Below are positions 31,527 through 41,760 of a stretch of 64,000 bases of DNA, one piece after another. The first letter of the stretch is position 1; every line of letters begins with the position of its first letter. Source of the stretch: Balanoglossus misakiensis (taxonomy: Eukaryota; Animalia; Hemichordata); assembly GCA_040954595.2 (NCBI GenBank), contig JBECUI020000036.1, forward strand, positions 1 to 64,000. The letters are read 5' to 3'. Under the pieces are notes generated by a model that did no database searches, was not told the DNA's origin, and worked only from the letters and a program-made list of their open reading frames with translations. The translations under genes and the position numbers were made by a program.

Positions 31527-32759
31527 ATGAAATCAAGTGTTGTTGCAGAAAATACCTATCGCTTGTCTATTAATGCAAGTGATTTGCTGTTTGAAAGTAT
31601 GTGGCCGGTCCCAACTGGGGTATCGCTAAACTCATACATTGTTAAAGGTGAAAAGAGCGCTATTATTGATGGTGTCTGTGGATGGGATGGAGTTCCTGAA
31701 ACTTTCTTTAAACTATTTGATAACCTAAAAATCGATCCGAATAGTCTTGACTATGTTATTGTTAACCATACGGAACCGGATCATAGCGGTTGGTTGGAGA
31801 GTCTGAAAAAAATTCGTCCTAACTTCACCGTATATACCAGTGCAAAGGGAAAAAGTCTGCTCCAAGGCTTTTTTAATATTTCCAATGATGTCCGTGTAGT
31901 AAAGTCGGGTGATACCCTTGACTTGGGCAATGGGCATGTTCTTCAATTTACCGAGATACCGAACGTGCATTGGCCTGATACTATTGCGACTTTTGATACG
32001 AAGACACAGACCCTATTCCCTTGTGATCTCTACGGATCATTCGGAAGTATTCCCGATGCTCCTTACGATGATCAAATGAGCGCTGAAGAAGTGGCTAGCT
32101 TTGAACCTGAGGCCTTACGGTACTATGCAAATATTATTAATACATTCTCCACCTCTGTGCAACGAGCCATTGCAAAGTTAGATCCCTTGCCCACGAAGAT
32201 CATTGCTCCCGGACATGGGATTGTTTGGCGGAAGAACCCGCAAACGGTGATAGACAACTATTCACGTTATGCAGGATATGCCAAGGGACCGGCTGAAAAG
32301 GCAATAACGGTTATCTGGTCATCTATGTACGGAAATACGGAAAAAGGCGTTGCCGCTGTCTGTAAGGGCATACAAAGTGAAGCCTTGCAAACCTATGTTC
32401 ATAACGTGCCGGAAAGCCATATATCTTTTATTCTACGAGATGTGCTCCGCTCATCTGCTGTTGTTGTTGCCGCACCAACCTATGAATACGATCTATTTCC
32501 GCCTATGACGGCAGTAATTGAAGAGATCGGGAAGAAAAAGATACAAAACCGTCCTGCCTTTCACTTTGGATCCTACGGGTGGAAATCCGGTACCCAAGAG
32601 GCATTAAACGAACTCAACGAACGACTAAAAATGGGATGGAAATATCTTGAACCTGTACATTTTGTTTGTGAACCGCAACAAGAACATCTCAGTATTATTG
32701 AACAACGAGGAAAGGAACTTGCCAAGAACACAAAGGAGTGGATAAACACTCCTCGTTAA
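31527..32759 (+). CDS. fprA: Flavodiiron protein (FprA/A-type flavoprotein)
   Basis: NHTEPDHSG, PNVHWPD, IAPGHG and flavodoxin SMYGNT motif. Confidence 0.92.
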   Translation: MKSSVVAENTYRLSINASDLLFESMWPVPTGVSLNSYIVKGEKSAIIDGVCGWDGVPETFFKLFDNLKIDPNSLDYVIVNHTEPDHSGWLESLKKIRPNFTVYTSAKGKSLLQGFFNISNDVRVVKSGDTLDLGNGHVLQFTEIPNVHWPDTIATFDTKTQTLFPCDLYGSFGSIPDAPYDDQMSAEEVASFEPEALRYYANIINTFSTSVQRAIAKLDPLPTKIIAPGHGIVWRKNPQTVIDNYSRYAGYAKGPAEKAITVIWSSMYGNTEKGVAAVCKGIQSEALQTYVHNVPESHISFILRDVLRSSAVVVAAPTYEYDLFPPMTAVIEEIGKKKIQNRPAFHFGSYGWKSGTQEALNELNERLKMGWKYLEPVHFVCEPQQEHLSIIEQRGKELAKNTKEWINTPR

Positions 32760-34084
32760 AAGAGCGCATTGCCGGGGCTTCGGGGAAAGGGAATCGTATC
32801 GCGGATGTTTTGCATACCAGTTACATATTGTACGAGCCGATCGAACCCAAGCCCGAAGCCTGAATGCGGTGCACTCCCGAATTTCCTCAAATCTGTATAC
32901 CAGTTGTATTTGTCCTGATCAAGCCCTTTTTGTTTCATAGCCTCTTGTAATCGATCCAGTCGATCTTCACGTTGGCTACCGCCGATGAGTTCACCGAAAA
33001 CCGGCACTAACATATCCATAGCCGCTACTGTTTTATTGTCATCGTTTTGGTACATGTAAAACGCTTTTATGCTACGCGGATAGTTGTACACAATCACCGC
33101 TCCTCTATACCATTCTTCACAGATATAGCGTTCGTGTTCTGTTTGAAGATCATTGCCCCACACGGGTGGAAAGTCAAAGGTTTTTCCTGATGCCTGCAAA
33201 ATCTCTATTGCTTCGTCATACGATATATGTTTGCTTTCCTGTGCTACAACCGATTCCAAGCGCTCTTGTAGACCGGGTTCTATCCAGCGATTGAACAAGG
33301 CAATCTCCGCTTTGTTGCTATCTAAAACCGTTGTAATAAGTGAACGGACCATGTCATCAGCAAGAGCTGCGATGTCGTTGAGAGTAAAGAATGCAGCCTC
33401 CGGTTCAATCATCCAAAATTCGGATAGATGCCGTGCAGTATTACTGTTTTCCGCTCGAAAGGTGGGTGCAAAGGTGTAGACCCTGCCGAGGGCGAGTGCA
33501 TAGGATTCGGCATGTAACTGCCCACTAACTGTCATGTAGGTGGGTTTGCCAAAAAATGATTCATCTTGCTGATGCTGAACTGAAAAAACCGACCCTGCTC
33601 CTTCGGCATCTATTCCGGTAATAAGGGGGGTCTGAATATAATAAAAGTTGCGTTCGCTGAGAAATTGATGCACCGCCAATGCCAATGTATGCCGTACTCG
33701 AGTAATGGCAGCTAAACTGTTAGTTCGAGCTCGCAAATGCGGGATGCTGCGGAGAAACTCAAAGCTATGCCGCTTTTTCTGCAAGGGGTAGTCGGGCGGT
33801 GCATCGCCAAGAATGCTGATAGTCTCTGCACGTAGCTCAACACGCTGTCCCTTCGCAGGTGAGAGATCAAGTATGCCCTCTACACGTATACACGCACCTG
33901 TGCCTACCGGCAGCAGAATATCTTCATGCCCCTGCGAGACAATCTGTAACGATTCTTGCGTGGAACCATCATTTAACTCAATAAAAGTAATCTTGCCCGA
34001 ACTCCGCTTGGTACGTACCCATGCCGAAATGCTGTAGGTATGCCCTTCTTTTCCTTCTGCTAATATCTTTCGTATCGTAACCAT
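32756..34084 (-). CDS. asnS: Asparagine--tRNA ligase
   Basis: NDGS, TVSGQL, PTFRAENSNTARHLSEFWMIEPE, GELIGGSQRE and PHSGFGLGFDR. Confidence 0.97.
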   Translation of the reverse strand: MVTIRKILAEGKEGHTYSISAWVRTKRSSGKITFIELNDGSTQESLQIVSQGHEDILLPVGTGACIRVEGILDLSPAKGQRVELRAETISILGDAPPDYPLQKKRHSFEFLRSIPHLRARTNSLAAITRVRHTLALAVHQFLSERNFYYIQTPLITGIDAEGAGSVFSVQHQQDESFFGKPTYMTVSGQLHAESYALALGRVYTFAPTFRAENSNTARHLSEFWMIEPEAAFFTLNDIAALADDMVRSLITTVLDSNKAEIALFNRWIEPGLQERLESVVAQESKHISYDEAIEILQASGKTFDFPPVWGNDLQTEHERYICEEWYRGAVIVYNYPRSIKAFYMYQNDDNKTVAAMDMLVPVFGELIGGSQREDRLDRLQEAMKQKGLDQDKYNWYTDLRKFGSAPHSGFGLGFDRLVQYVTGMQNIRDTIPFPRSPGNALF

Positions 34085-34171
34085 GTTCCTTACCTCATCT
34101 CATTTAGTGTATAGCGACAATCTCTTCCCGTATAGATTGCCATGTAAAAATATACTATATATAATACCACT

Positions 34172-35245
34172 ATGTGTGAAGAAAATCTTCTACAAAAACT
34201 CAGTAATATTCATGTTAATCTGAGTGAGAAACTATACTCTCCTCGCCAACTGAAACAATTACTGCCTACTTCCCGACAAAACGCTGAGGCTATTCTGATT
34301 GCCCGCAAAACTATTGCTAATATTATTGCCGGAACGGATACCCGTATGCTTGCTGTCGTCGGTCCCTGCTCTATGCATGATACGGCAGCGGGATTGGACT
34401 ATGCACAAAAACTTACTGCATTACAGCCGGAACTGCAAGACCAGCTGTACATTATTATGCGATGCTACTTTGAAAAACCACGAACCCGCCTAGGTTGGCC
34501 CGGAATGATTATGGATCCACACCTGGATGAAACCTACGATATCCAACAAGGACTCTACCAAGCGCGAAACCTGCTTATCGATATTACAAAATTGGGCATT
34601 CCTTGTGGCACTGAATTTCTGGATCCTATCGTGCCTATGTATATTGATGACCTCATTGCCTGGGCAGCCATTGGTGCCCGCACTACTGAATCACAGATCC
34701 ATCGATATATGGCAAGTGGCTTGTCTATGCCGGTGGGATTCAAGAATGGAACCAACGGCGATATCGATCAGGCAGTGAATGCTATGTCTGCCTGTAAACA
34801 TGCTCATAGTTTTCTTGGTATTAACGAGGATGGACAAATAATAATTCTTCGAACAACGGGGCATGCCCAGACACATCTCATTCTACGCGGTGGAACGGAT
34901 GGTCCGAATTATGATCCTGATGTTGTTGCTCAGAGTACTGAAATACTGCAAAAGGCTGACTTGGAACCTGCTATTGTTGTTGATTGTAGTCATGGCAATT
35001 CGGGCAAAGACATCCGAAAACAGTCGGTGGTCTTGAATAACATTGTTGAACAAGCTCTTGCCGGTACCAACAATATTATAGGCTTTATGCTGGAAAGCAA
35101 TATCCATGAGGGGAATCAAACGGTGAAACCGGGAGAGAAGCCGGCATCATATGGGGTATCAATAACTGACCCCTGTATCGGCTGGTCGGAATGTAAACAC
35201 TTATTGCTGGAAACTGCTAAAAAACTCCGAGGAAAGAAGTTATGA
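34172..35245 (+). CDS. 3-deoxy-7-phosphoheptulonate (DAHP) synthase, class I alpha
   Basis: GPCSMHD, YFEKPRT, AIGARTTESQIHR, GFKNGT and DCSHGNS. Confidence 0.95.
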   Translation: MCEENLLQKLSNIHVNLSEKLYSPRQLKQLLPTSRQNAEAILIARKTIANIIAGTDTRMLAVVGPCSMHDTAAGLDYAQKLTALQPELQDQLYIIMRCYFEKPRTRLGWPGMIMDPHLDETYDIQQGLYQARNLLIDITKLGIPCGTEFLDPIVPMYIDDLIAWAAIGARTTESQIHRYMASGLSMPVGFKNGTNGDIDQAVNAMSACKHAHSFLGINEDGQIIILRTTGHAQTHLILRGGTDGPNYDPDVVAQSTEILQKADLEPAIVVDCSHGNSGKDIRKQSVVLNNIVEQALAGTNNIIGFMLESNIHEGNQTVKPGEKPASYGVSITDPCIGWSECKHLLLETAKKLRGKKL

Positions 35246-36528
35246 TTTCAAAAAAAGCAATAGATCAGATCCGTCTTGCATCTCTTCAACTGTCTTCTCT
35301 GCCCGCTCATGTTCGGCAGAAAACCCTGCTTGACTTGGCATCTGCTGTACAAAAGAATAGCGATCGGATACTACAGGCAAATGAGCGTGATTACATTGCC
35401 GCAAAGAAGGCGAAGATCGCGTCTCCACTCTTGTCACGTCTTCGATGCGATGAGAAAAAGATCTCGGAGATATGCTCTATGCTGCAATCTATTGCCGATA
35501 TGGAGGACATTATCGGAACCATGCTGCTGAAGCGGGAGCTGGATACGGGATTGATACTGAGCAAGATACGCTGTCCACTGGGTGTTCTGGGTTTTATCTT
35601 TGAGTCCCGACCTGATGCCTTTATGCAAATGGCAGGGCTCTGTATAAAAACTGCAAATGGATTGATTGCCAAAGGCGGGAGCGAAGCACATTATACAAAT
35701 GAGGTGCTTTTTTCCCTTATTCAGGGAGTTTTTGAAGCCGCATCCTTATCAACGCAGTGGATATACTTGCTGAAAGATCGGGAAGAGGTGCGACAACTTT
35801 TTCAACCGGATACGGTCGATATGATTATCCCCCGAGGGTCAAATGAGTTGGTATCCTATATTATGCAAAACAGTGCGGCTCCTGTTCTGGGGCATGCTGA
35901 TGGGATCTGTCATACATATGTTGATGAGAAGGCTGATGTCGATATGGCGATTCGCATTGCTATTGATGCAAAAACTCAGTACGTTACGGCTTGTAATACG
36001 ATGGAAACATTGCTTGTTCATAGGGCTATTGCTGCACAACTCCTCCCTAAACTTGCTCATGCAATGGAACAATGCTCGGTAGAACTGCTTGGTTGTCCAC
36101 GTGCTCGTGCAATTCTTCAATCTATCGGTCCTGCTACCGATGCAGATTGGAAGACTGAATACCTCGATTATCGCTTGACTATCGGAGTTGTCGATTCGCT
36201 TACTGATGCGATTGAACATATAAACAAACATGGGTCACATCATAGTGATACCATTGTTACGCAGGATGAAGAGCATGCCAAACTGTTTTTCTCCATGGTT
36301 GATTCATCAAGTGTTATGAAGAATTGTAGCACTCGCTTTGCTGATGGATATCGCTACGGTCTTGGCGCTGAAAGCGGGATCAGTACCGGGAAGACACATG
36401 CACGCGGTCCGGTGGGACAAGAGGGTTTGTGCACGTATAAGTGGATCGTTGAAGGGGATGGGCATATTGTAGCTGATTATAGCAAGGGCCGAACCTTTAC
36501 CCACCGAACCTTGCCAAATAACCCGTAG
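35242..36528 (+). CDS. proA: Gamma-glutamyl phosphate reductase
   Basis: PLGVLGFIFESRP, KGGSEA, IPRGS, CNTMETLL, STRFADG and HARGPVG. Confidence 0.96.
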   Translation: MISKKAIDQIRLASLQLSSLPAHVRQKTLLDLASAVQKNSDRILQANERDYIAAKKAKIASPLLSRLRCDEKKISEICSMLQSIADMEDIIGTMLLKRELDTGLILSKIRCPLGVLGFIFESRPDAFMQMAGLCIKTANGLIAKGGSEAHYTNEVLFSLIQGVFEAASLSTQWIYLLKDREEVRQLFQPDTVDMIIPRGSNELVSYIMQNSAAPVLGHADGICHTYVDEKADVDMAIRIAIDAKTQYVTACNTMETLLVHRAIAAQLLPKLAHAMEQCSVELLGCPRARAILQSIGPATDADWKTEYLDYRLTIGVVDSLTDAIEHINKHGSHHSDTIVTQDEEHAKLFFSMVDSSSVMKNCSTRFADGYRYGLGAESGISTGKTHARGPVGQEGLCTYKWIVEGDGHIVADYSKGRTFTHRTLPNNP

Positions 36529-36530
36529 AT

Positions 36531-37644
36531 ATGTCAAGAAAGATGCTTGCGTCAGTTCGGCGCATGGTTATTAAAATAGGAACTTCCGCCCTTACCCATA
36601 ATGATCAGTTGAATACGGATTTTGTTACGGATATTGCAGGACAAATTGCACAGATACGCAAGCAATGCCCTGATATTGTGTTGGTAAGTTCCGGTGCAAT
36701 TGGATTCGGCAAACAAGAACTGAATATTAGTGGACCACTCAATGATGTCCGAATGCGTCAGGCTTGTGCATCGGTTGGGCAGCCTTTGCTAATGCAGGCC
36801 TACCGGCATGCATTTGAACGGCACGGTATTACCATATCACAGGTTCTGCTTACCCGTGCGGTCTTGAATAATAGACAGAGCTACCTCAACCTTCGTAACA
36901 GCATTGAAACCTTGATGTCTCTATCCGTCCTTCCTATCATCAATGAAAATGATAGTGTATCAACACGTGAGATCGGGAAGGATTTTGGTGATAATGATTG
37001 CCTCTCTGCACTGGTTGCCAGTAAACTGGATGTGCATCTTCTGCTTATTCTAACTGATGTTGATAGTCTATATACAAAGGATCCTCGGCGTTTCAAGAAT
37101 GCGGAACCTTTGACCTATGTTTCTTCCCTACCCTCGGAGATACAGGCTGGAGGAGCGGGAAAACTCGGTACCGGTGGGATGCAGACTAAACTGGATGCTG
37201 TCAAAATTGCTTCTTCATCGGGTTGCTATGTTGTTATTGCTCATGCACATAGGAAGGAGTGATCGAACGGGTCTTCCAAGGGAAGAGATCGGAACGCTGT
37301 TTGCACCGGGTACGAAGCTCCGAAATCGAACACGATGGATATTACACAGTGTTCCGATGGGAACGATTGTTGCCGACGAGGGGGCGATTGCGGCAATACA
37401 GCATAATAAGAACCTTCTTGTCAGTGGTATCGTCTCCGTAACCGGTAGATTTCATGCCGGAGACGTCGTTTCATTAAATGACCGCGCAAAGATAATCAGT
37501 CAGTTTAGTAGTTCCGAATTGCATGATATACTGGGGAAACATAGCTCCGAAGTAGAGCGGATTACCGGGAAGGGACGACGAGTGCTTGCCCGAACAATGC
37601 GATATTGTAATTTACCGACAAATGATTGGTCAGATTGGCATTAA
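36531..37644 (+). CDS. proB: Glutamate 5-kinase with PUA domain (frameshifted near 37255)
   Basis: VIKIGTS, VSSGAI, PIINEND, GDNDCLS and GTGGMQTK; the PUA domain lies in ORF 37117-37644. Confidence 0.92.
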
Positions 37645-37997
37645 AGAACTAAAAACTAAGTTGTATTATCGGACAACATGCTCACGAACGAGAAACAGAG
37701 CAAGAGATTATAGTTGATATCGACATAACCTACGATGTTTCTGCTGCTATAATGCACGATGATATTTCTTATGCTCTCGACTACAGCAGAATTGCTGATA
37801 TTGTCATAGAGCATCTCACATGGCAGAAATACAAACTTCTGGAAAGCGCTTGTAGTGGAATTATTGAAATGCTTCGCCGTGCACACCCTGATGACATCCC
37901 TAGCAGTAGGAGTACAGATAAGAAAAAAAAGAAAATTTCGTACATATTATGCTTTTTTATCCTGGAATGGATAATTAACACTTGCTTTGTTTATTGA
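37622..37997 (+). CDS. folB: Dihydroneopterin aldolase (frameshifted; end uncertain)
   Basis: Joined reading MIGQIGIKEL...CIIG.HAHERETEQEIIVDIDI...ALDYS...YKLLES matches FolB motifs. Confidence 0.8.
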
Positions 37998-38041
37998 ATT
38001 GTATTAATATATAAATAAAGACATCATTGGAGGTGTATTAC

Positions 38042-38213
38042 ATGGCGCAAAAAATTTCAAAAAATGCACGGAGGGGACTCGAACACGAAATGCTTAGTCG
38101 CTGGGGTGGGAAAATTGTTATGAAATCAATATTTCGTAATGGTCGCCTGACTCACTATGCTGTCTGTGAGGAAAAGTGGTACCCGAGCAAGACGCCCACG
38201 CGATCTAATGTAA
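38042..38213 (+). CDS. Small basic hypothetical protein (one apparent frameshift)
   Basis: GGAGG RBS; MAQKISKNARRG...HYAVCE; a shifted frame ends KSGTRARRPRDLM* at 38211-38213. Confidence 0.55.
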
Positions 38214-38228
38214 CAACTACGTCTGCAG

Positions 38229-38761
38229 ATGATTCTTTCTGGAGAAAAAATAAAACAACTTCAAGGATCTGATATTATTATCAAGCCTTTTTCCTCATAA
38301 ACAGATTAATCCTAATAGCTACAATATGAAGCTACATAATGAGCTGTTGGTATATACCGACCCTGTCTTGGATATTCGGCACCCACAATCGATTGAAACA
38401 CTTGTAATCCCGGAATCGGGCATTCTTCTTGAACCGAATCATCTGTATCTTGGTCGCACGATCGAATATACGGAAACCCATCGACATGTACCAATGTTGG
38501 AGGGACGATCCTCGTTGGGAAGATTGGGGCTTTTTGTACATGTTACAGCGGGCGTGGGAGATGTTGGCTTCTGCGGGTATTGGACGCTGGAAATGTTCTG
38601 TGTACTTCCTATTCGTATCTACCCGTTTGTCGAAATATGCCAAATGTTTTACTATGAAATTACGGGCGAATACAAACCATATGCAAATAAAATATCAACA
38701 TAATAAAGGGATTCAACAAAGTCTTTTGCATACTGAATTTAATATACCAGAAAAAACATGA
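38229..38761 (+). CDS. dcd: dCTP deaminase (frameshifted)
   Basis: MILSG...INPNSYN, EGRSSLGRLGL, GDVGFCGYWTLE, ICQ and KYQ motifs across shifted frames. Confidence 0.9.
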
Positions 38762-38819
38762 AAAATATTGATAAACTTGTTGACATTACATGATAAAAAC
38801 AAATATAAGGAGGATGAAT

Positions 38820-39422
38820 ATGTTTCAAGTACCGGACTTACCCTATGCATATAATGCATTGGAACCGTATATTGATGAACAAACGATGCGCATCCATCAT
38901 GATAAACATCATGCTGGATATGTTAGTAAATTAAATGCTGCTATTGAGGGGCTTCCGAATCTCTCGGCAAATATTGGAGAAGTTTTGGCGAATATTTCGC
39001 AACTGCCCTCTGATAAACAACAGGCTGTCCGAAATAATGGTGGCGGACATGCAAACCATAGCCTGTTTTGGCGAATTCTCGGTCCCAAGTCATCTGCAGA
39101 ACCAAGCGGGGATCTTGCTCAGGCAATCCAAGCATCTTTTGGTTCCTTTGATGCTTTTAAGAAAGAATTTTCTAATGCTGCTGCCACCCGTTTCGGGAGT
39201 GGTTGGGCATGGCTCGTTGTAAGTAATGGCTCGTTGCAGGTTATGAGTACTCCAAATCAGGATTCTCCTATTATGGAAAATAAGACGCCGATTCTTGGGC
39301 TGGATGTCTGGGAACACGCGTACTATTTAAAGTACCAAAACCGTCGACCTGAGTACATTGAAAACGTATTTCATGTAATTAATTGGACAGAGGTCGCCAA
39401 AAATTACACTGCCGCCCTGTAA
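38820..39422 (+). CDS. sodA: Superoxide dismutase [Mn]
   Basis: [26 protein letters not shown] and DVWEHAYY; Mn-type signature; AAGGAGG RBS. Confidence 0.95.
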   Translation: MFQVPDLPYAYNALEPYIDEQTMRIHHDKHHAGYVSKLNAAIEGLPNLSANIGEVLANISQLPSDKQQAVRNNGGGHANHSLFWRILGPKSSAEPSGDLAQAIQASFGSFDAFKKEFSNAAATRFGSGWAWLVVSNGSLQVMSTPNQDSPIMENKTPILGLDVWEHAYYLKYQNRRPEYIENVFHVINWTEVAKNYTAAL

Positions 39423-39473
39423 TACTAGTTAGTACAGGCTTTAAGTATGGAGGACTAAACAATACGAACTAAA

Positions 39474-40437
39474 TTGCGTATTGGCATATTTTTATTATTG
39501 TTTCCTGTTGTTCTCGGTGCTCAGCAATTAAAATGGCCGAACACTGAGCAAGAATGGGAAAACATTACTGTGTCTTCTATCAAAAGACTCATTGAGGCGG
39601 GCTTGAACCCCAATGAGAGAGATGCTGATGGAAATGCACCGTTACACTTAGTTGCAAAACATAATAATAGGCCTGAGATTGTTACTACCTTGCTCCGTTC
39701 CGGGGCAAGTCTGGAGGCACGCAACCTGTATGGTCAGACTGCCTTTTATCTTGCTATTATTCATAACAATCAGCAGGTTATGAATACAATGCTGGTGGTC
39801 GGTGCGGATGTCAATGCACGAACAAGGAGAGCCGTACACCTCTGCATGCACTCGTTCAAAGCAGTGATAATCTGAAAATCATATCCTTATTGTTGCTGAC
39901 GGGAGCTATATAAACGCAAAAGATTTAGATGGCTTTACGCCACTGTTTGTCGCGGTTCAACATAGTGATAGCCTAGAAATAATTTCGCAGTTATTACTTG
40001 CTGGTGCTCATATTAATGCACACGCCACAAATGGTACTACTGTGTTGCACCATGCACTCAAGCATAATAGGAAGCGAGAAACTATCCTTGCATTGCTTAA
40101 CGCAGGTAGTGATGATAAGGCAAGAGATGCGAACGGTTGGACACCTCTCCACTTTGCTGCTTACTATAGTAGCGACCCGGAAATAATTACTTTGCTTCTG
40201 GAACGAGGCGCTAATATTACTCTTGTTGATTCCGAGCAGAACACGCCTATGCATTTGGCGGCACAATCTGTTCAGGGCGAAAACGTTCTTGTATTATTAA
40301 ATGCAGGAACGGATCCGTTTCTTACGAATGGGCAAGGGAAAAGTGTGTGGGAATACGTACAGAGATCCGATATACTCCGTAAAAGCCGTGCATACACAGT
40401 AATTAAAGGGATTATGGACGATGCATTCCTAGTATGA
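39474..40437 (+). CDS. Exported ankyrin-repeat protein (frameshifted)
   Basis: Signal peptide; repeated G.TPLH.AA...LL..GA units across ORFs 39474-39875 and 40042-40437. Confidence 0.85.
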
Positions 40438-40703
40438 TGGGCTCTGGGAATGGGTTTGGGCTCTTAAAAAATTCTCTTGTATAACTTTGTAAAACATGGT
40501 ATCATTACTATGATAACAAATGTTTTGTACAGCAGTCCTGCTTCAATCGGAAAAACCATTCAAAACTTGTAATAGGTTCTTGAGTATGGGAGGGTGGTTT
40601 TTCTTCTTTTCTGTTATAATTCTATAAGAATTCTCTCTACTGAGAGGGTTCAATTATTGTTCTTGAGTGTATATTTGCTCGTATGATTTTAGATGGGAAT
40701 GCC

Positions 40704-40735
40704 AAAAAAAGAGCCCCCATGAGGAGGGCTCTTTT
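40704..40735. terminator. Intrinsic terminator (bidirectional-type)
   Basis: A7-GAGCCC...GGGCTC-T4, just past the stop of the minus-strand gene at 40748. Confidence 0.75.
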
Positions 40736-40747
40736 CCGGTACTTATC

Positions 40748-41622
40748 CTATCTCCATGCTACCTGATACACTTGAGGGTCCGGTAAGTATGACTCGGCAT
40801 CACCCCAAAGATATATATTGTTTTCTTTCGGATGATAGGCTATCCCCGCAGACTCTTCTACATCACTAAACGCAAAGGTCTTGTTTAGGTTGATTGCCTT
40901 TCGGGTTAAATCTATGTTAAACAGGGTCGAATAGGCTTCGCTAAAGATATACAACTCGTTATTGATAACAATCGAACCGGCGACTGTAAAGTCGGCTGCT
41001 GGTAATTCTAGTACGAACTCTTCCAACTGGTTACTTGCTATATCATAGATATACCATATTTCTGCACAGTGTTTTTATCAAAAAAGTATAACTTCCCATT
41101 GTTATGTGCTAAATTGCCGATCTTCATTGGGTTCTGTGTGAGTACTGAGATCTTTCTACTATCAACTAACTCCAGATTATCATTTGCTACATCAAATATA
41201 TATGCAATTCCCGGCTCGTCAATGGCATATAAGGTATTATTCCCTACATACGCAATGCCTTCCAAATCGCCACTAGTGGAAATCTCAATCGAATTTAGCA
41301 GGTTAAAGGATGTATCAAACTCCCATACTTGTGCGGAACTCGCAAACAGAGTTCGTGGCTGATCGCTTGAAACATAAAACCGGTTGTTATCATAATTATA
41401 AGTAAATCCGGATCCTAAAAAAGCTTCTTGTGGAATGTTCCACATTTGGCTAACCTGCAGTACCTGTGACTGAATGGGGGAAGCTAAATAATCTGCAACA
41501 AGCTCTCGCCCGCCTATTTGTAACTGCCCATCCCGAAACGAAATATTAAATATAACGACCGCACCTATTCCTCCAGAAACTAATACTACTAGTAGTATAA
41601 ACAAAACAATATATTTTTTCAT
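40748..41622 (-). CDS. Hypothetical beta-propeller protein (SdiA-regulated/YjiK-like), frameshifted
   Basis: GGAGG RBS, N-terminal TM, SGFTY, DLEGIAY and ESAGIAY repeats; ORFs 41038-41622 and 40748-41026. Confidence 0.6.
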
Positions 41623-41760
41623 TGGGTATAACCTCCTTACACCGTGTAGAAAATTTATTAATAATTTTGATCAAATACTATAACAACTGCTATAGAACGT
41701 CAACTATTATCTCTAACTACTAATAAATAACATAACAGGCAATAAAAGGTTGCAAAATAC

